DNA of 64,000 nucleotides from Dehalococcoidia bacterium (GTDB lineage Bacteria; Chloroflexota; Dehalococcoidia; Bin125), in contig OY820591.1 in NCBI GenBank assembly GCA_963555985.3, positions 2,208,001-2,272,000 on the forward strand, written 5' to 3'. Within the stretch, counting starts at the first letter, position 1. Each line of letters opens with the position of its first letter. Below the pieces are notes generated by a model. It saw nothing but the letters and a program-made list of their open reading frames with translations, made no database searches and was not told the DNA's origin. A program made the position numbers and the translations under genes. Below are positions 28,871 to 38,560 of the stretch, piece after piece.

Positions 28871-29164
28871 TGCCCCGAACCCTCCGATCAGGCAGTGCCT
28901 GGCTACCTGCCGAGTATCCGAGCTGGCGGCGCTGATCTGGGCTGGCATGATCCCGATTCCTTGAGCGAAGAGGTTTCCACGACGGGACTACTGTTCCCCA
29001 TATCGAACACGGGCGCGACTTCACCGCTCAGGTCGTCCCGGCCGAAGATTGGCCCACCCTCAACATCTATCCCAAGCTGTGGGGCGAAACGATGGGCGAC
29101 GACAGGCATGAGTTCTGGCTCGCTTGTGAAACCGCGCTGCGGCTGCGCCTCTCCGGTAGGGCGT

Positions 29165-30376
29165 CTAGAAGGACGGCAGTTGCGGATCGAGTCCCAGCCT
29201 CACGCGGCCTGCGCCCTCTTGCAGCCCTCGCCATTTCTCGAGCGAAGCGCAGATCGCGTGGGCATCCCGCAGACCCGCTTCGACGGGGTTCGCACGCGCG
29301 TAGAAGGCGCTCCCCATGAGCAGCAGGAGGTCACTGAGCAGCGCTCGCGTCTGATCCATGACCCAGAGCGACGTGGCGTACATCTGCGCCTGCGCCGCTC
29401 GGCTCAGTTCGCCCGCCTGGGCGTCGGCCCAGACTGCCTCCGCCATCGCCTGGAGGCCTGCGCTGTAGACGTCGACGGCCGCGGTCGCTTCGCCCAAGCG
29501 CTGGTGAAAGCTCACTCGGTCGCGCGCGATGATCGAACCGGACGTTCGCGCGGCGAGGCGCGTGGCCGTCTCGTCGATCGCCCGACGCGCAATCCCCACG
29601 AGCATCGCCGCAGACGCAGGCGGGCCCATGTGGGCGAGCACCGGGATCCGGAAGACTGGGCGATCGATGACCACGGCCGGCTTGATCAGTGAGCGGGTAC
29701 GGCCTTCCGGGACGAAGGCATCCGTGACCGTTGCGGCGTCGCTGCCGGTCCCGCGCATGGCGCGGGCGGTTCCCCACGTAGATTCGACGCTGAAGTCCGA
29801 GGCGGGCAGGATGAACTGGCGTCTGTCCGGCATGCCCTCCAACTCGCGGACCGCCCCGTTCTCGTGGACGTCACCATGAAAGAGCGCCCAGGGCGCGTCA
29901 TTCACGCCGGTCATGAACGGAGCGCGTCCGCTTGCGCGATAGCCGCCCTCGACCGGCTGCCCATGGACGGTCGTGACGCCGCCAAAGCCGAACGGGCCAG
30001 GCTCTGCGGCGAAGATCGGATCACGGGCGTCGGCCTCCAGGCCCGCAGCCGCGGCGCACAGGGCGGCCGAGTTCGCGATGTGCCAGGCCGCGCTGGGGTC
30101 CGAATAACCCAGCTCTTCGAAGACTGCGATCCCTTTGGGGAACGCCACCTCGGCGCCCCCTACCTCACGCGGTGCGATCATGGTGAAGAGACCCGCGTCG
30201 CGCATTGCCTGCACCACCTCAGGCGCCATGCGGCAATGTTCGTCGGCCCATGCGCGGTTGGCGTCGATCGTGCCTCGCAGATCGCGGGCAGCCGCGACCA
30301 GATCGGTACTGTTCGCCACGATCGCCTCCAACCATTGCGATGTCGGACTGCCAGCGAACTCCTCGCCGGGCGGCAA
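29165..30376 (-). CDS. Flavin-dependent monooxygenase of the acyl-CoA dehydrogenase fold (HsaA/NcnH-like)
   Basis: DAGLF.M.APREVGG, DPSAAW, W...AMRGTGS, N.VE..LRDAH; exact start uncertain. Confidence 0.8.
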   Translation of the reverse strand: MPPGEEFAGSPTSQWLEAIVANSTDLVAAARDLRGTIDANRAWADEHCRMAPEVVQAMRDAGLFTMIAPREVGGAEVAFPKGIAVFEELGYSDPSAAWHIANSAALCAAAAGLEADARDPIFAAEPGPFGFGGVTTVHGQPVEGGYRASGRAPFMTGVNDAPWALFHGDVHENGAVRELEGMPDRRQFILPASDFSVESTWGTARAMRGTGSDAATVTDAFVPEGRTRSLIKPAVVIDRPVFRIPVLAHMGPPASAAMLVGIARRAIDETATRLAARTSGSIIARDRVSFHQRLGEATAAVDVYSAGLQAMAEAVWADAQAGELSRAAQAQMYATSLWVMDQTRALLSDLLLLMGSAFYARANPVEAGLRDAHAICASLEKWRGLQEGAGRVRLGLDPQLPSF

Positions 30377-30508
30377 GTCTAGTTAACCCACGCTTCGATT
30401 GACGCCTCGGCGACGATTCGCGCTGCGGCGTTCAGGCTTCAGCAGGGATGCCGCGAGTGTTAGCTTGCGAGCCAAGGTTGGGACGCTCAAAGCCGTTCGG
30501 AGAACATC

Positions 30509-31390
30509 GTGGATGTCGGCATCTTCACTTGGACGAATGCCTCGATCGACCCGGCCGTGTTGGCGAAGCGGGCCGAGGAACTCGGTTTCGAGTCGTTCTG
30601 GGTACCGGAGCTTCCCATCATCCCTATTGAGGCGAATCAGGACTTCCCGACAGACACAATCAGCGGGGTGGACACGAGCTCGGCGACGGACCCGTTCGTG
30701 GCGTTGTCCCGGGCGTCGGCCGTCACCACCAGGATCAAGATAGGTACCGGGGTCTGCTTGGTACCGGAACACAACCCATTTCACCTGGCAAAGAAAGTGG
30801 CAAGCCTGGATCAGTTCTCGCGCGGCCGATTCATCTTCGGCATCGGCGCCGGCGGACTCCGAGAGCAGCAGGAGATCATGGGGGCCGACTTCGACCACCG
30901 CTGGACCCAGACCCGAGACGCGATGCTGGCGATGAAGCAGCTGTGGACCCAGGACGAGGCGGAGTACCACGGACCCTACTACGACTTCCCGCCGGTCAAG
31001 TTGTTCCCCAAGCCGGCCCAGAAGCCTTACCCGCCGGTGTTTCTGGGCGGTACGGCGAAGAATGTGCTCAAGCGAGTCGTTGACTACGGCGACGGCTGGA
31101 TGCCCGCTCGAGCTGCCACAATTGTGTCCAAGGACCACGCAAACTTCGTTGATCGGGAGGAAATCGAACGAGGCCGGAAGGAACTGAACGATCTGGCTGA
31201 GGCAGCCGGCCGGGACCCCGCATCCATCCAGGTCTTGGCCTTCGGCGGTCCCCGCCAATACCGGACCCGGGCAGCGATCGACGCACTGGAAGAGGCTGGG
31301 GCAGACCGGGCGACTATCTGGTTGAGAAGTGACACTGAAGGCGGGGCCCTCGAAGAGATGGCGGAGCTCGCCAGCGAGGTGTTGGACTAG
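30509..31390 (+). CDS. LLM class, probably F420-dependent, oxidoreductase (Rv2161c-like)
   Basis: AEELGFESFWVPE, DPFVALS, LAKKVASLDQFSRGRFIFGIGAG, PKPAQKPYPP. Confidence 0.9.
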   Translation: MDVGIFTWTNASIDPAVLAKRAEELGFESFWVPELPIIPIEANQDFPTDTISGVDTSSATDPFVALSRASAVTTRIKIGTGVCLVPEHNPFHLAKKVASLDQFSRGRFIFGIGAGGLREQQEIMGADFDHRWTQTRDAMLAMKQLWTQDEAEYHGPYYDFPPVKLFPKPAQKPYPPVFLGGTAKNVLKRVVDYGDGWMPARAATIVSKDHANFVDREEIERGRKELNDLAEAAGRDPASIQVLAFGGPRQYRTRAAIDALEEAGADRATIWLRSDTEGGALEEMAELASEVLD

Positions 31391-31528
31391 AGCATGGCGC
31401 CACTGCAACGACCTCGTGTTGTGCTGTTGAGTGAGCAACGGATTCCCCGGCTTTGCTTCCGGGAGATAGAGTGTGTGAGTCGCACGCATCTCAGATGAGG
31501 AACCGTTGGACTGAATGGAGGCCACACC

Positions 31529-32419
31529 TTGAGCGAAGACGCGATCTCTGCTGCTGACTCCCACCCGCGGAAGCGAGTTTCCGTCGACGGAACTGAGATC
31601 TCCTACGTGGATGTGGGCGATGGCCCTCCCGTGGTGTTCTTGCACGGGAATCCGACGTCGTCCTACCTGTGGCGCAACATCATTCCCCATCTGTCCAACT
31701 CGGTCCGCTGCCTGGCCCCGGACCTTGTGGGGATGGGGGACTCGGGCAAAGCACCTGATGGCTCGTACCGCTTCGTCGATCACCGGCGTTACCTGGACGT
31801 CTGGTTTGAGTCCCTGGGCCTGGGCGACGATGTGACGTTAGTGGTGCACGATTGGGGCTCCGCTCTTGGGTTTCACTGGGCCTACCGGAACCAGGAACGG
31901 GTCAAGGGATTGGCGTATATGGAAGCGATGGTACGGCCGCTGACCTGGGACGCATGGCCGGCGGGCGCGAGAGAGCTCTTCCAGGGTCTGCGGTCGCCCG
32001 TCGGCGACCAGATGGTGCTCGAGCAGAACGCATTCGTGGAGTTCATCCTGCCCGCCGGCATGCTTCGAGATCCGAGCAATGAGGAGATGACCATCTACCG
32101 GCGTCCCTACACCGAGCCCGGTGAATCCCGCCGCCCGACGCTCACCTGGCCGAGGGAGATTCCTTTCGAGGGTGAGCCCGCCGACGTAGCGGAAATCGTC
32201 GATGAGTATTCCCGCTGGCTGGCGGGGAGCAGCGTGTCCAAGCTGTTCATCAACGGAGAGCCCGGATCGATCTTGACAGGCCCTCAACGGGAGTTCTGCC
32301 GCACCTGGCCCAATCAGCAGGAAGTGACCGTTCCCGGATTGCATTACCTCCAGGAAGATTCCCCCGCCGCGATTGGTCAGGCCATCGCCGAGTGGCACTC
32401 TTCGCTGCCGCTCGGCTGA
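31529..32419 (+). CDS. Haloalkane dehalogenase (HLD-II, LinB/DhaA-like)
   Basis: LHGNPTSSYLWRNI, HDWG nucleophile elbow, YMEA, RRPTLTWPREIP, HYLQEDSP. Confidence 0.92.
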   Translation: MSEDAISAADSHPRKRVSVDGTEISYVDVGDGPPVVFLHGNPTSSYLWRNIIPHLSNSVRCLAPDLVGMGDSGKAPDGSYRFVDHRRYLDVWFESLGLGDDVTLVVHDWGSALGFHWAYRNQERVKGLAYMEAMVRPLTWDAWPAGARELFQGLRSPVGDQMVLEQNAFVEFILPAGMLRDPSNEEMTIYRRPYTEPGESRRPTLTWPREIPFEGEPADVAEIVDEYSRWLAGSSVSKLFINGEPGSILTGPQREFCRTWPNQQEVTVPGLHYLQEDSPAAIGQAIAEWHSSLPLG

Positions 32420-32431
32420 CGCGGACCGGAA

Positions 32432-33415
32432 TCAGACGCCGCGCAAGCGGGGGTCTAGGACATCGCGAAGGGCGTCGCCCAGCAGGTTGAACGCCATCAC
32501 CAGGAGCGTGATCGCACCACCGGCGAAGACACTCTCCCAGGGATGAATGTCCAGCGCCCCGCGTCCGGAGGACACCATCCTGCCCCAGGAGATCTCGCCG
32601 CGCGGCCCCGCGCCCAAGAACGAGACCGTCGCTTCGGCCAAGATGTAGGCTCCGATCCCAATCGAGAAGGTGATGATCAACACCGCACCGATGTTGGGCA
32701 GCACGTGCCGCAGCATGATGCGGAGATCGGAAGCGCCGATCACGCGGGCCGCCTGGACGTACTCCGATCCGCGCACGGCGAGCACCGCGGATCGAATCAG
32801 GCGCCCGGCGAAGGGGATCCCGCCAAAGCCGAGCGCGAGCACGACGTTTCTCGTGGAGGGCTCCGAGATCTGCACGAGCAGCAGAATCAAGATCAGGAAC
32901 GGGAACGCATAGATCGCGTCCATCACGCGCTGGACGACCAGGTCGATCCAGCCCAGGTAGTAGGCGGAGATCACCCCGATGATGAGGCCGGCGGCGACGG
33001 CGATCAGCGAGGCGCCGAAGCCGATGATCAGCGCGAGCTCGGCGCCGTGGATCACGCGGGCGTAGATGTCGCGCCCGAACCTGTCGGTACCGAACCAATG
33101 CTCGCCGCTCGGCGCTTGGAACTGCGCCACCACACGCGGTGAGCCGATGTCCGGATCCTCAGCGAGTTCGGCGACCGTGGGGTCGGCCTTAAAGTTGGGA
33201 TTCTCTGTATCAAAGACCATGGCCGGGTCGTAGCGGCCCAGCGCTCCGGGGAACAGTGCCAGCACGCTGAAGACAAGGACGATGACGAGGCCGAGGCCGC
33301 CGAGTTTCTTCTGGCGGAAGAAGCGCCACAGGGCGGGGGATGCGCTCGTCATGCGCGTCAGCGGCGAGATGCGGTCCTCGAACGGCAGAGCGGAGGAGGC
33401 GTCGGGAGGCGTCAC
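32432..33415 (-). CDS. Peptide/nickel ABC transporter permease (DppC-like)
   Basis: HWFGTDRFGRDIYAR, EYVQAARVIGAS..RI..RHVLPN, NLLGDALRDVLDPR. Confidence 0.93.
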   Translation of the reverse strand: MTPPDASSALPFEDRISPLTRMTSASPALWRFFRQKKLGGLGLVIVLVFSVLALFPGALGRYDPAMVFDTENPNFKADPTVAELAEDPDIGSPRVVAQFQAPSGEHWFGTDRFGRDIYARVIHGAELALIIGFGASLIAVAAGLIIGVISAYYLGWIDLVVQRVMDAIYAFPFLILILLLVQISEPSTRNVVLALGFGGIPFAGRLIRSAVLAVRGSEYVQAARVIGASDLRIMLRHVLPNIGAVLIITFSIGIGAYILAEATVSFLGAGPRGEISWGRMVSSGRGALDIHPWESVFAGGAITLLVMAFNLLGDALRDVLDPRLRGV

Positions 33416-34371
33416 GCGAGTCTCACACGCGGATCGAGCAGCCCGTAGAGCAGGTCGACGAAGAGGTTGGTGAAGACCACGACGAAGGCCACGACCAAGA
33501 CGAGGCCTTCCAGCAACGGCGTGTCACGCAGCGTGATGGCTTGGAAGAGCAGCCGGCCCACACCGGGGACGTTGAACATCTGCTCGAGCACGATTTGGCT
33601 ACCGATGATCGTGGCCACCGTCAGGCCCATGACCGTCAGCACGGGCAGCCAGGCGTTGCGCAGCACGTGGCGGATGATGATTGTGCGCTCCGGCAGCCCC
33701 TTCGCGCGGGCCGTGACGACGTAGTCCTCCCGCAGCACTTCGAGCATTTGGGAACGCAGCAGCCGCATGGTCGTCGCGGTGCTCGCGATCCCACCTGCGA
33801 ACATGGGGATCAGATACCACTGGATAGCCGATTTCGGGTCCTCCCACAGATGGGGCTGGCGGTCAACATCGATCTTGAAGAGGTCCCACTGCAAGACAAG
33901 GATTACCGCGATCGAGGCGGTCCAGAAGACCGGCGCGGCGAGGGCGAAGATCGCGCCGCCGCGGAGGAGGTAGTCGGGTAACTGATCCTGCTTGACGGCG
34001 CTGATGATGCCGACCGGGACGGCGATCGTGAAGCCGACCAGGACGATCAGGACGCCGAGTTCAATGGAGTAGGGCACGGCGCGGCCGAGCTCGCTCCAGA
34101 CGGAGCGCTTGGAGCGGAAGGACTCGCCGAGGTCGAGCTGCACCAGATCCCAGAGGAACGTGCCGTACTGCTCCAAGACAGGCTTGTCGAGGCCAAGGAC
34201 CGCCTCGGCCCGGGCGATCGCTTCGGGGGTCACGCCGCCCAGGTTCGCGCTGGCGAACTGCTGGGACGCAAAATTGCCGGGCAGGACGTGCACGGCGAAG
34301 AACACCAGCGTCGTCACGATCCAGAGGACGAAGATGTTCAGAATCGCGCGGCGAAGGATGTACTGCTGCAC
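33412..34371 (-). CDS. Peptide/nickel ABC transporter permease (DppB-like)
   Basis: YILRR, DLGES, DYVVTARAKGL, RHVLRNA, DLLYGLLDPR; GTG start at 34371 inferred. Confidence 0.9.
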   Translation of the reverse strand: MQQYILRRAILNIFVLWIVTTLVFFAVHVLPGNFASQQFASANLGGVTPEAIARAEAVLGLDKPVLEQYGTFLWDLVQLDLGESFRSKRSVWSELGRAVPYSIELGVLIVLVGFTIAVPVGIISAVKQDQLPDYLLRGGAIFALAAPVFWTASIAVILVLQWDLFKIDVDRQPHLWEDPKSAIQWYLIPMFAGGIASTATTMRLLRSQMLEVLREDYVVTARAKGLPERTIIIRHVLRNAWLPVLTVMGLTVATIIGSQIVLEQMFNVPGVGRLLFQAITLRDTPLLEGLVLVVAFVVVFTNLFVDLLYGLLDPRVRLA

Positions 34372-34475
34372 TGGTCCGTTGACGGTTTCCTCGCGGAAGA
34401 CGAGGGGAGGGCCGGGCCGAAGCCCACGGTTTGGGTCCCGGCCCCAAGTGATCTCCTCGCGTGGCTCGTCGCCCG

Positions 34476-36479
34476 CTAGAGCGGACGCGGCTCCGGCTCC
34501 GGGCGGCCTTCGATGCTGGGGTCTTCCGGGTCGATCCACGAGTCGAGGGCCTGGAGGCTCTCCGACTCGAAGGTATAGCCTTCGGTCTCCGACTTCAGCG
34601 CGGGGTGCAGGTAGTTCCAGGCGACTGTCGGCGAGACGGCGTTGTAGATGATGTGACGGCCGAACTGACCGTTCTCGATGATGAATTCCTGGACTTCACG
34701 CACAAGCCCGTTCGCGGTTTCGAAGTCGAATTCCTGGATTGCAGCGTCGAGCTTGGCATCGATCTCGTCTGGCTCGCTCACGTCCCAAAAGTTGCCCGGC
34801 GCGCCGGTCTTGAACGCTGCGGCCAAGTCCGCTCGTGCGTCCGGAACCGTCAGGTTAGGAATCCAGGAGAAGAACGTGGTGAACGTCTTGTTGAACCAAG
34901 CGGGGAAGATCTCACCATAGGTTTGGGTGACACCTTGGAACTGGTCGGTACCGAACGCCTGGTTGAACATCTGCGCGACGGCCTCGGTCGAGCCCGGCCG
35001 CGTGGCCTCATAGGCGTCTGAATTGACCCAGGGGATCTCGCCCACCTCCGCGCCGCCGGCCGCGCTCCAGAGTTCGTTGGCCTCTTGCAGGGCCGCATCG
35101 CGGTCGAGGCTATAGGCCGCGAAATCGGCGAGCTCTTCCTGCGGAATCGCCCAGGCCTCCTGCACCCAGGGCACGGGACCGCTGACCTTCCCCAGCCCTT
35201 GCGCGAGTTGCTGGATGAGCGCGCGCCGATCGATGGCGAGGTCGATCGCCTTCACCATGCGCGGGTCGGTCCAGGGTTCGAGGTTGCGATTGACGTAGGC
35301 GGCAATCGGGAAGGCGCTGCCTTTGAAGGTGAGGAAGGTCGAATCCGGTTCCTCGTCATGGATCGCCTGGAGCAGTTCCGCGCCCCCGGTCAGCATCGAG
35401 TCGACCTGCTTTTGCTCGAAGGCGATCCGGTAGGCCGTGGGATCCTCGAACGACTGGTTCCAGACCCAGTTGTGCGCCCGCGGGCCGGGGCTGTGGTAAT
35501 CCGGGTTGCGAACGGCGGAGATGCTCTCGCCGGGCAGCCACTCGGTGAGGATGTAGGGCCCGGTCCCGATCACCTTGTCGGCGGAGACGTTGACGGCCTC
35601 CGGTTCGATGGCAATGAGCAGTTCGGGCTGGCCCATGAGGTTGAACTCGTTGGCGAGACCCTGGAGGAATGCTGCATTGGGGCTACCCAAGTTGAGCGTC
35701 ATCGCGCCGGCATCGATGTCGATCGAGGCAACGCTGCTCCAGTAGCCCTTGCGACCGAAGGCGCCCTCCGAGCCGTCCTGCAACAAGCCGGCCTTCTGCC
35801 GTTCGATGTTCCAGGCGAGGTCTTCGGCGGTCAGCGGGCGCCCCGCGGTGGAGGCGGGATGGTCCGCGCCGGGGCCCTCGGCGTGCCATTTCACGCCCTC
35901 GCGGAGCTGCAACACGACGGTCTGGCCGTCGGGCGCCTCCCATCCGGAGGCGAGATCAGCGGCGAGTTCGCCCGAGTCCGGATTCTCGAATCGCAAGAGC
36001 TTCGATTGAATCCGGCCGAGCACCCGCAAGACCTCGCTGGACACGCTCTGGCTGGCGTCGGCGGAATCGAAGATGACGGCCGTGATATCCACGATCGTAC
36101 CGCCGTCGACGGGCGTCTTGTCGAAGCGGGAGACTGCGGCCTGCTGCTCGGCCTGTTCCTGCTCGGTCTGCTCCTGCGCCTCGGCCTGCTGGGCCTGCTG
36201 CTCGGCTTGCTGCTCCTGTTGCTCTTGCGTGACCTGCTGCTGCGACTGTTGTTGCTGCATGGCCTGCTGTTGCTGCTGCTCTTGCACGGCCTGCTGCTGT
36301 TGCTGATCCTGTTGTTGGACCTGCGTTACAGCCTGCTGCTGATCGTCGTCATCGTCGTCGCCGCAGCCCACCAGGGCCAGGCCGGCCGCGCCCACGCCGG
36401 CGCGTCCGCTCGCGTGCAGCATCGCGCGACGGGAGATCTTCCGGTCGCGCAGGCTCCTCCAGTAGTTCCGCTTGTTCAT
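34476..36479 (-). CDS. Family 5 ABC solute-binding lipoprotein with Tat signal and poly-Gln linker
   Basis: SRRAML twin-Arg, LVGC lipobox, DDDDDD then Q-rich tract, LREGVKWH, IGTGPY. Confidence 0.9.
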   Translation of the reverse strand: MNKRNYWRSLRDRKISRRAMLHASGRAGVGAAGLALVGCGDDDDDDQQQAVTQVQQQDQQQQQAVQEQQQQQAMQQQQSQQQVTQEQQEQQAEQQAQQAEAQEQTEQEQAEQQAAVSRFDKTPVDGGTIVDITAVIFDSADASQSVSSEVLRVLGRIQSKLLRFENPDSGELAADLASGWEAPDGQTVVLQLREGVKWHAEGPGADHPASTAGRPLTAEDLAWNIERQKAGLLQDGSEGAFGRKGYWSSVASIDIDAGAMTLNLGSPNAAFLQGLANEFNLMGQPELLIAIEPEAVNVSADKVIGTGPYILTEWLPGESISAVRNPDYHSPGPRAHNWVWNQSFEDPTAYRIAFEQKQVDSMLTGGAELLQAIHDEEPDSTFLTFKGSAFPIAAYVNRNLEPWTDPRMVKAIDLAIDRRALIQQLAQGLGKVSGPVPWVQEAWAIPQEELADFAAYSLDRDAALQEANELWSAAGGAEVGEIPWVNSDAYEATRPGSTEAVAQMFNQAFGTDQFQGVTQTYGEIFPAWFNKTFTTFFSWIPNLTVPDARADLAAAFKTGAPGNFWDVSEPDEIDAKLDAAIQEFDFETANGLVREVQEFIIENGQFGRHIIYNAVSPTVAWNYLHPALKSETEGYTFESESLQALDSWIDPEDPSIEGRPEPEPRPL

Positions 36480-36780
36480 TGGCTGCGCTCCCAGTTCGTG
36501 CGTGTGTCCGTCGAGACCCTTGCGGGTGGTTGCAGGCTACAGAGAACTGGACAGAGCGGTCAGAGAGTGCACTTGTTTGTTTGTTGTTTGCTCGAGTCGA
36601 CGCCATGGCGGCGGACTGGCCCGTCGTAGTGGTCGGGGGTGGACGGGAAAAACGGGCGCGGCGGGGGTTCAGGTGTTCGGCGAACTTTTTTTCCGGGGCG
36701 GCGGCGGGCGTGATCTACGGTGAAACACTGGAGATCGGGGCTCAGGTCGTTCAGGTTTTTTCAGGTTTCCTGAGAGCGGG

Positions 36781-36850
36781 GTGTTCGGGTTTGGACGGGT
36801 TTGGACGGGTTTGGTCGAATGTGGACGATGTTGGTTGAGTGTGGACGGGT
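36781..36850 (-). repeat. Seven-unit 10-bp tandem repeat at the distal end of the cassette array
   Basis: GTGTTCGGGT TTGGACGGGT TTGGACGGGT TTGGTCGAAT GTGGACGATG TTGGTTGAGT GTGGACGGGT. Confidence 0.85.
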
Positions 36851-36900
36851 CAGGCGGGGACCTGTTCGGTGGAACGCTCGGGTGGGACGCCCGATCTCGT
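36849..36900 (-). pseudogene. 3' remnant of a DUF2283 gene
   Basis: Minus strand encodes SGVPPERSTEQVP then GCCTGA, matching the ends ELATEQVPA* / ELSLEKVPA* of the intact copies. Confidence 0.6.
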
Positions 36901-36906
36901 CGTCGC

Positions 36907-37299
36907 TCAGCCGCTCTCGACACGGAGGCTGCCGATGCGCTCGAAGTGGCGGCGGTTGTTGGTGAGGAGGGTGAGGCCGTGTTGCAGCGCGGTCGCGGCG
37001 ATCAATGTGTCGAAGTTGCCGATGGGTTGCCCGCGCAACTGGAGGGACGCCTTCATCCGTCCGAAGATTTCGCCGGTTGCCGAATCTATCGGCAGTAACG
37101 TGAATGGCCCGACATACTCGAGCAACTCGGCTTTCGCCTGCTCCGCGTGCGGCGACCGATACGGACCCACGAACAGTTCCGCCATGCTGATCACGCTGAT
37201 CGCGATACCGGCGGGGAGCAACTCAAGAATGCGCACCCGCGCCGGAGTTGAACCTCTCAGCGCTTCGACGACCCAGTCTGTGTCGATCAGGTAACGCAC
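36907..37299 (-). CDS. vapC: PIN-domain toxin (VapC)
   Basis: YLIDTD, SVISMAEL..G, NFDTLIAATAL...LTLLTNNRRHFERI. Confidence 0.92.
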   Translation of the reverse strand: MRYLIDTDWVVEALRGSTPARVRILELLPAGIAISVISMAELFVGPYRSPHAEQAKAELLEYVGPFTLLPIDSATGEIFGRMKASLQLRGQPIGNFDTLIAATALQHGLTLLTNNRRHFERIGSLRVESG

Positions 37300-37302
37300 G
37301 AG

Positions 37303-37431
37303 CTAGTCGTCTGTTGACGGCCCGCAGCCGCAGTCTCGACGGAACGCCTCGATCAGGGTCGGGTCTTCGGCAAAGCGCTTGGCCCAGGCGGCCGCGGCGC
37401 GCTCCATTCGCTTGCGGGCCTCTTCCGACAC
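37303..37431 (-). pseudogene. Truncated antitoxin (C-terminal part only) upstream of vapC
   Basis: VSEEARKRMERAAAAWAKRFAEDPTLIEAF starts directly at the cassette repeat; no N-terminal DNA-binding domain. Confidence 0.45.
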
Positions 37432-37550
37432 TCAGCCTAGCGCGTTTGGGCGGCTCTTGGCGGGGGTGATTTCGTCGTCGGCGAGGTGGTCGATTTGGGT
37501 TTGGGGTGGTCGGATTTGGACGATTTTGGACGGGTTTGTTCGGGTGAGGC
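37416..37550 (-). repeat. Cassette boundary repeat (10-mers, methyltransferase-3'-end copy, TAGGCT, RBS)
   Basis: 37468-37494 GATTTCGTCGTCGGCGAGG-TGGTCGAT matches 41340-41387 of the methyltransferase gene with a 21-nt deletion. Confidence 0.85.
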
Positions 37551-37742
37551 GGGAACGTGCTCGACGGAGCATTCAGGCAGGACGCCGCGTTCGCGGGCGA
37601 ACTCGATCGTGAGGGCGACTAGGCCGCCATCGGCGTCCAGGTCGACCAGGTTCTCGTAGCCCAGATCCTGCGTCTCCTCAACCGGCGCGTCGGTGAAGAC
37701 GATCAGCAGGGTGTCCGTGTCCTCAAAGTAGGTGGCTTTCAT
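37437..37742 (-). CDS. DUF2283 family antitoxin-like protein, reading through into the repeat
   Basis: MKATYFEDTDTL...DLDADG.LVALTIEFARERG; the TGA after VPA found in paralogs is TCA here. Confidence 0.8.
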   Translation of the reverse strand: MKATYFEDTDTLLIVFTDAPVEETQDLGYENLVDLDADGGLVALTIEFARERGVLPECSVEHVPASPEQTRPKSSKSDHPKPKSTTSPTTKSPPPRAAQTR

Positions 37743-37805
37743 GGCTTGCACCCGCTATCGACGAAGGCTGTGCGCAGCGTTTCGCCCTCAGCGTATCCGC
37801 CTCGC

Positions 37806-38228
37806 TCAGGCCGAGGTGTTCCGCAACAGCGCCACGAACCCGGCCTGTGCGAAGTCTCGGTCGTAGGCCAGGGCGTCAGTGATGCCGCGCTCTTCCATCA
37901 CGAGGAAGCTGGCGCAATCGACGAGGCTCCAGGATTGGTCCAGCCGGTTCTCGTAGCGTTCAAGAGCTGAGCGAAACTGGCCGTCCGTCATGGGCACGAC
38001 CTCGATGTCTGCAGAGTTCAGGATCCGGCGCACGAGCGCCGAGGCGTCCTCGCGGCTGGCGGCGCCATCGTTTGAAAAGAAGGCCAGCACCTCTAGGAGC
38101 ACCATTTGCGAGGTCACGATGTCGTCGTCCTCATGCGTGACGAAGCGCGTCATGGCGTAGGGGTGCAGGTCATCATCCGGATCGAGCAGCGCAATCCAGA
38201 AACCGGAGTCGGCGAAGACGGCGCTCAC
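37806..38228 (-). CDS. vapC: PIN-domain toxin (VapC)
   Basis: VFADSGFWIALL...D..H, WSLVDCASFLVMEERGI..AL.YDRDFAQAGF; GTG overlaps the antitoxin stop. Confidence 0.92.
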   Translation of the reverse strand: MSAVFADSGFWIALLDPDDDLHPYAMTRFVTHEDDDIVTSQMVLLEVLAFFSNDGAASREDASALVRRILNSADIEVVPMTDGQFRSALERYENRLDQSWSLVDCASFLVMEERGITDALAYDRDFAQAGFVALLRNTSA

Positions 38229-38500
38229 TCGTCGTCGTCCCGGGAGAATTGATACATCCGCTGCCTGAAGGTGCGGGCATGATTGTGCTTCCAGCCCAAG
38301 CGCCGCTGCGTTGGCCATTGCTCCTGATCTTTGAGCAGCTCATGCATGTACTCCGGGTACCTCGCCAGTTCCTCTTCCGTCAGCGGGACATCGAGCTCTA
38401 TGTCGCCCACGCAGCCTTCGACCACGCCGGCGGCTGCCTTGGGGTCGATGGGCGTGAAGACTCCGTCGCGGAACACCACGCGGATTACCCGTGCAACCAT
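38225..38500 (-). CDS. Antitoxin, AF2212/DUF104-like
   Basis: VIRVVFRDGVFTP N-terminus; coupled to the downstream PIN gene; GGGAGG RBS. Confidence 0.75.
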   Translation of the reverse strand: MVARVIRVVFRDGVFTPIDPKAAAGVVEGCVGDIELDVPLTEEELARYPEYMHELLKDQEQWPTQRRLGWKHNHARTFRQRMYQFSRDDDE

Positions 38501-38502
38501 GA

Positions 38503-38560
38503 CGGCCTCCCTCTGACGCCCAGTCTACCGAACCAGGCGGCCCTCGATGGGGGCGATTGG
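38503..38560 (-). repeat. Cassette boundary repeat (short form)
   Basis: CCCTCGATGGGGGCGATT (38541-38558) vs CCCTCGACGGCGGCGATT at the methyltransferase 3' end; followed on the minus strand by TAGACT and GGGAGG. Confidence 0.7.
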
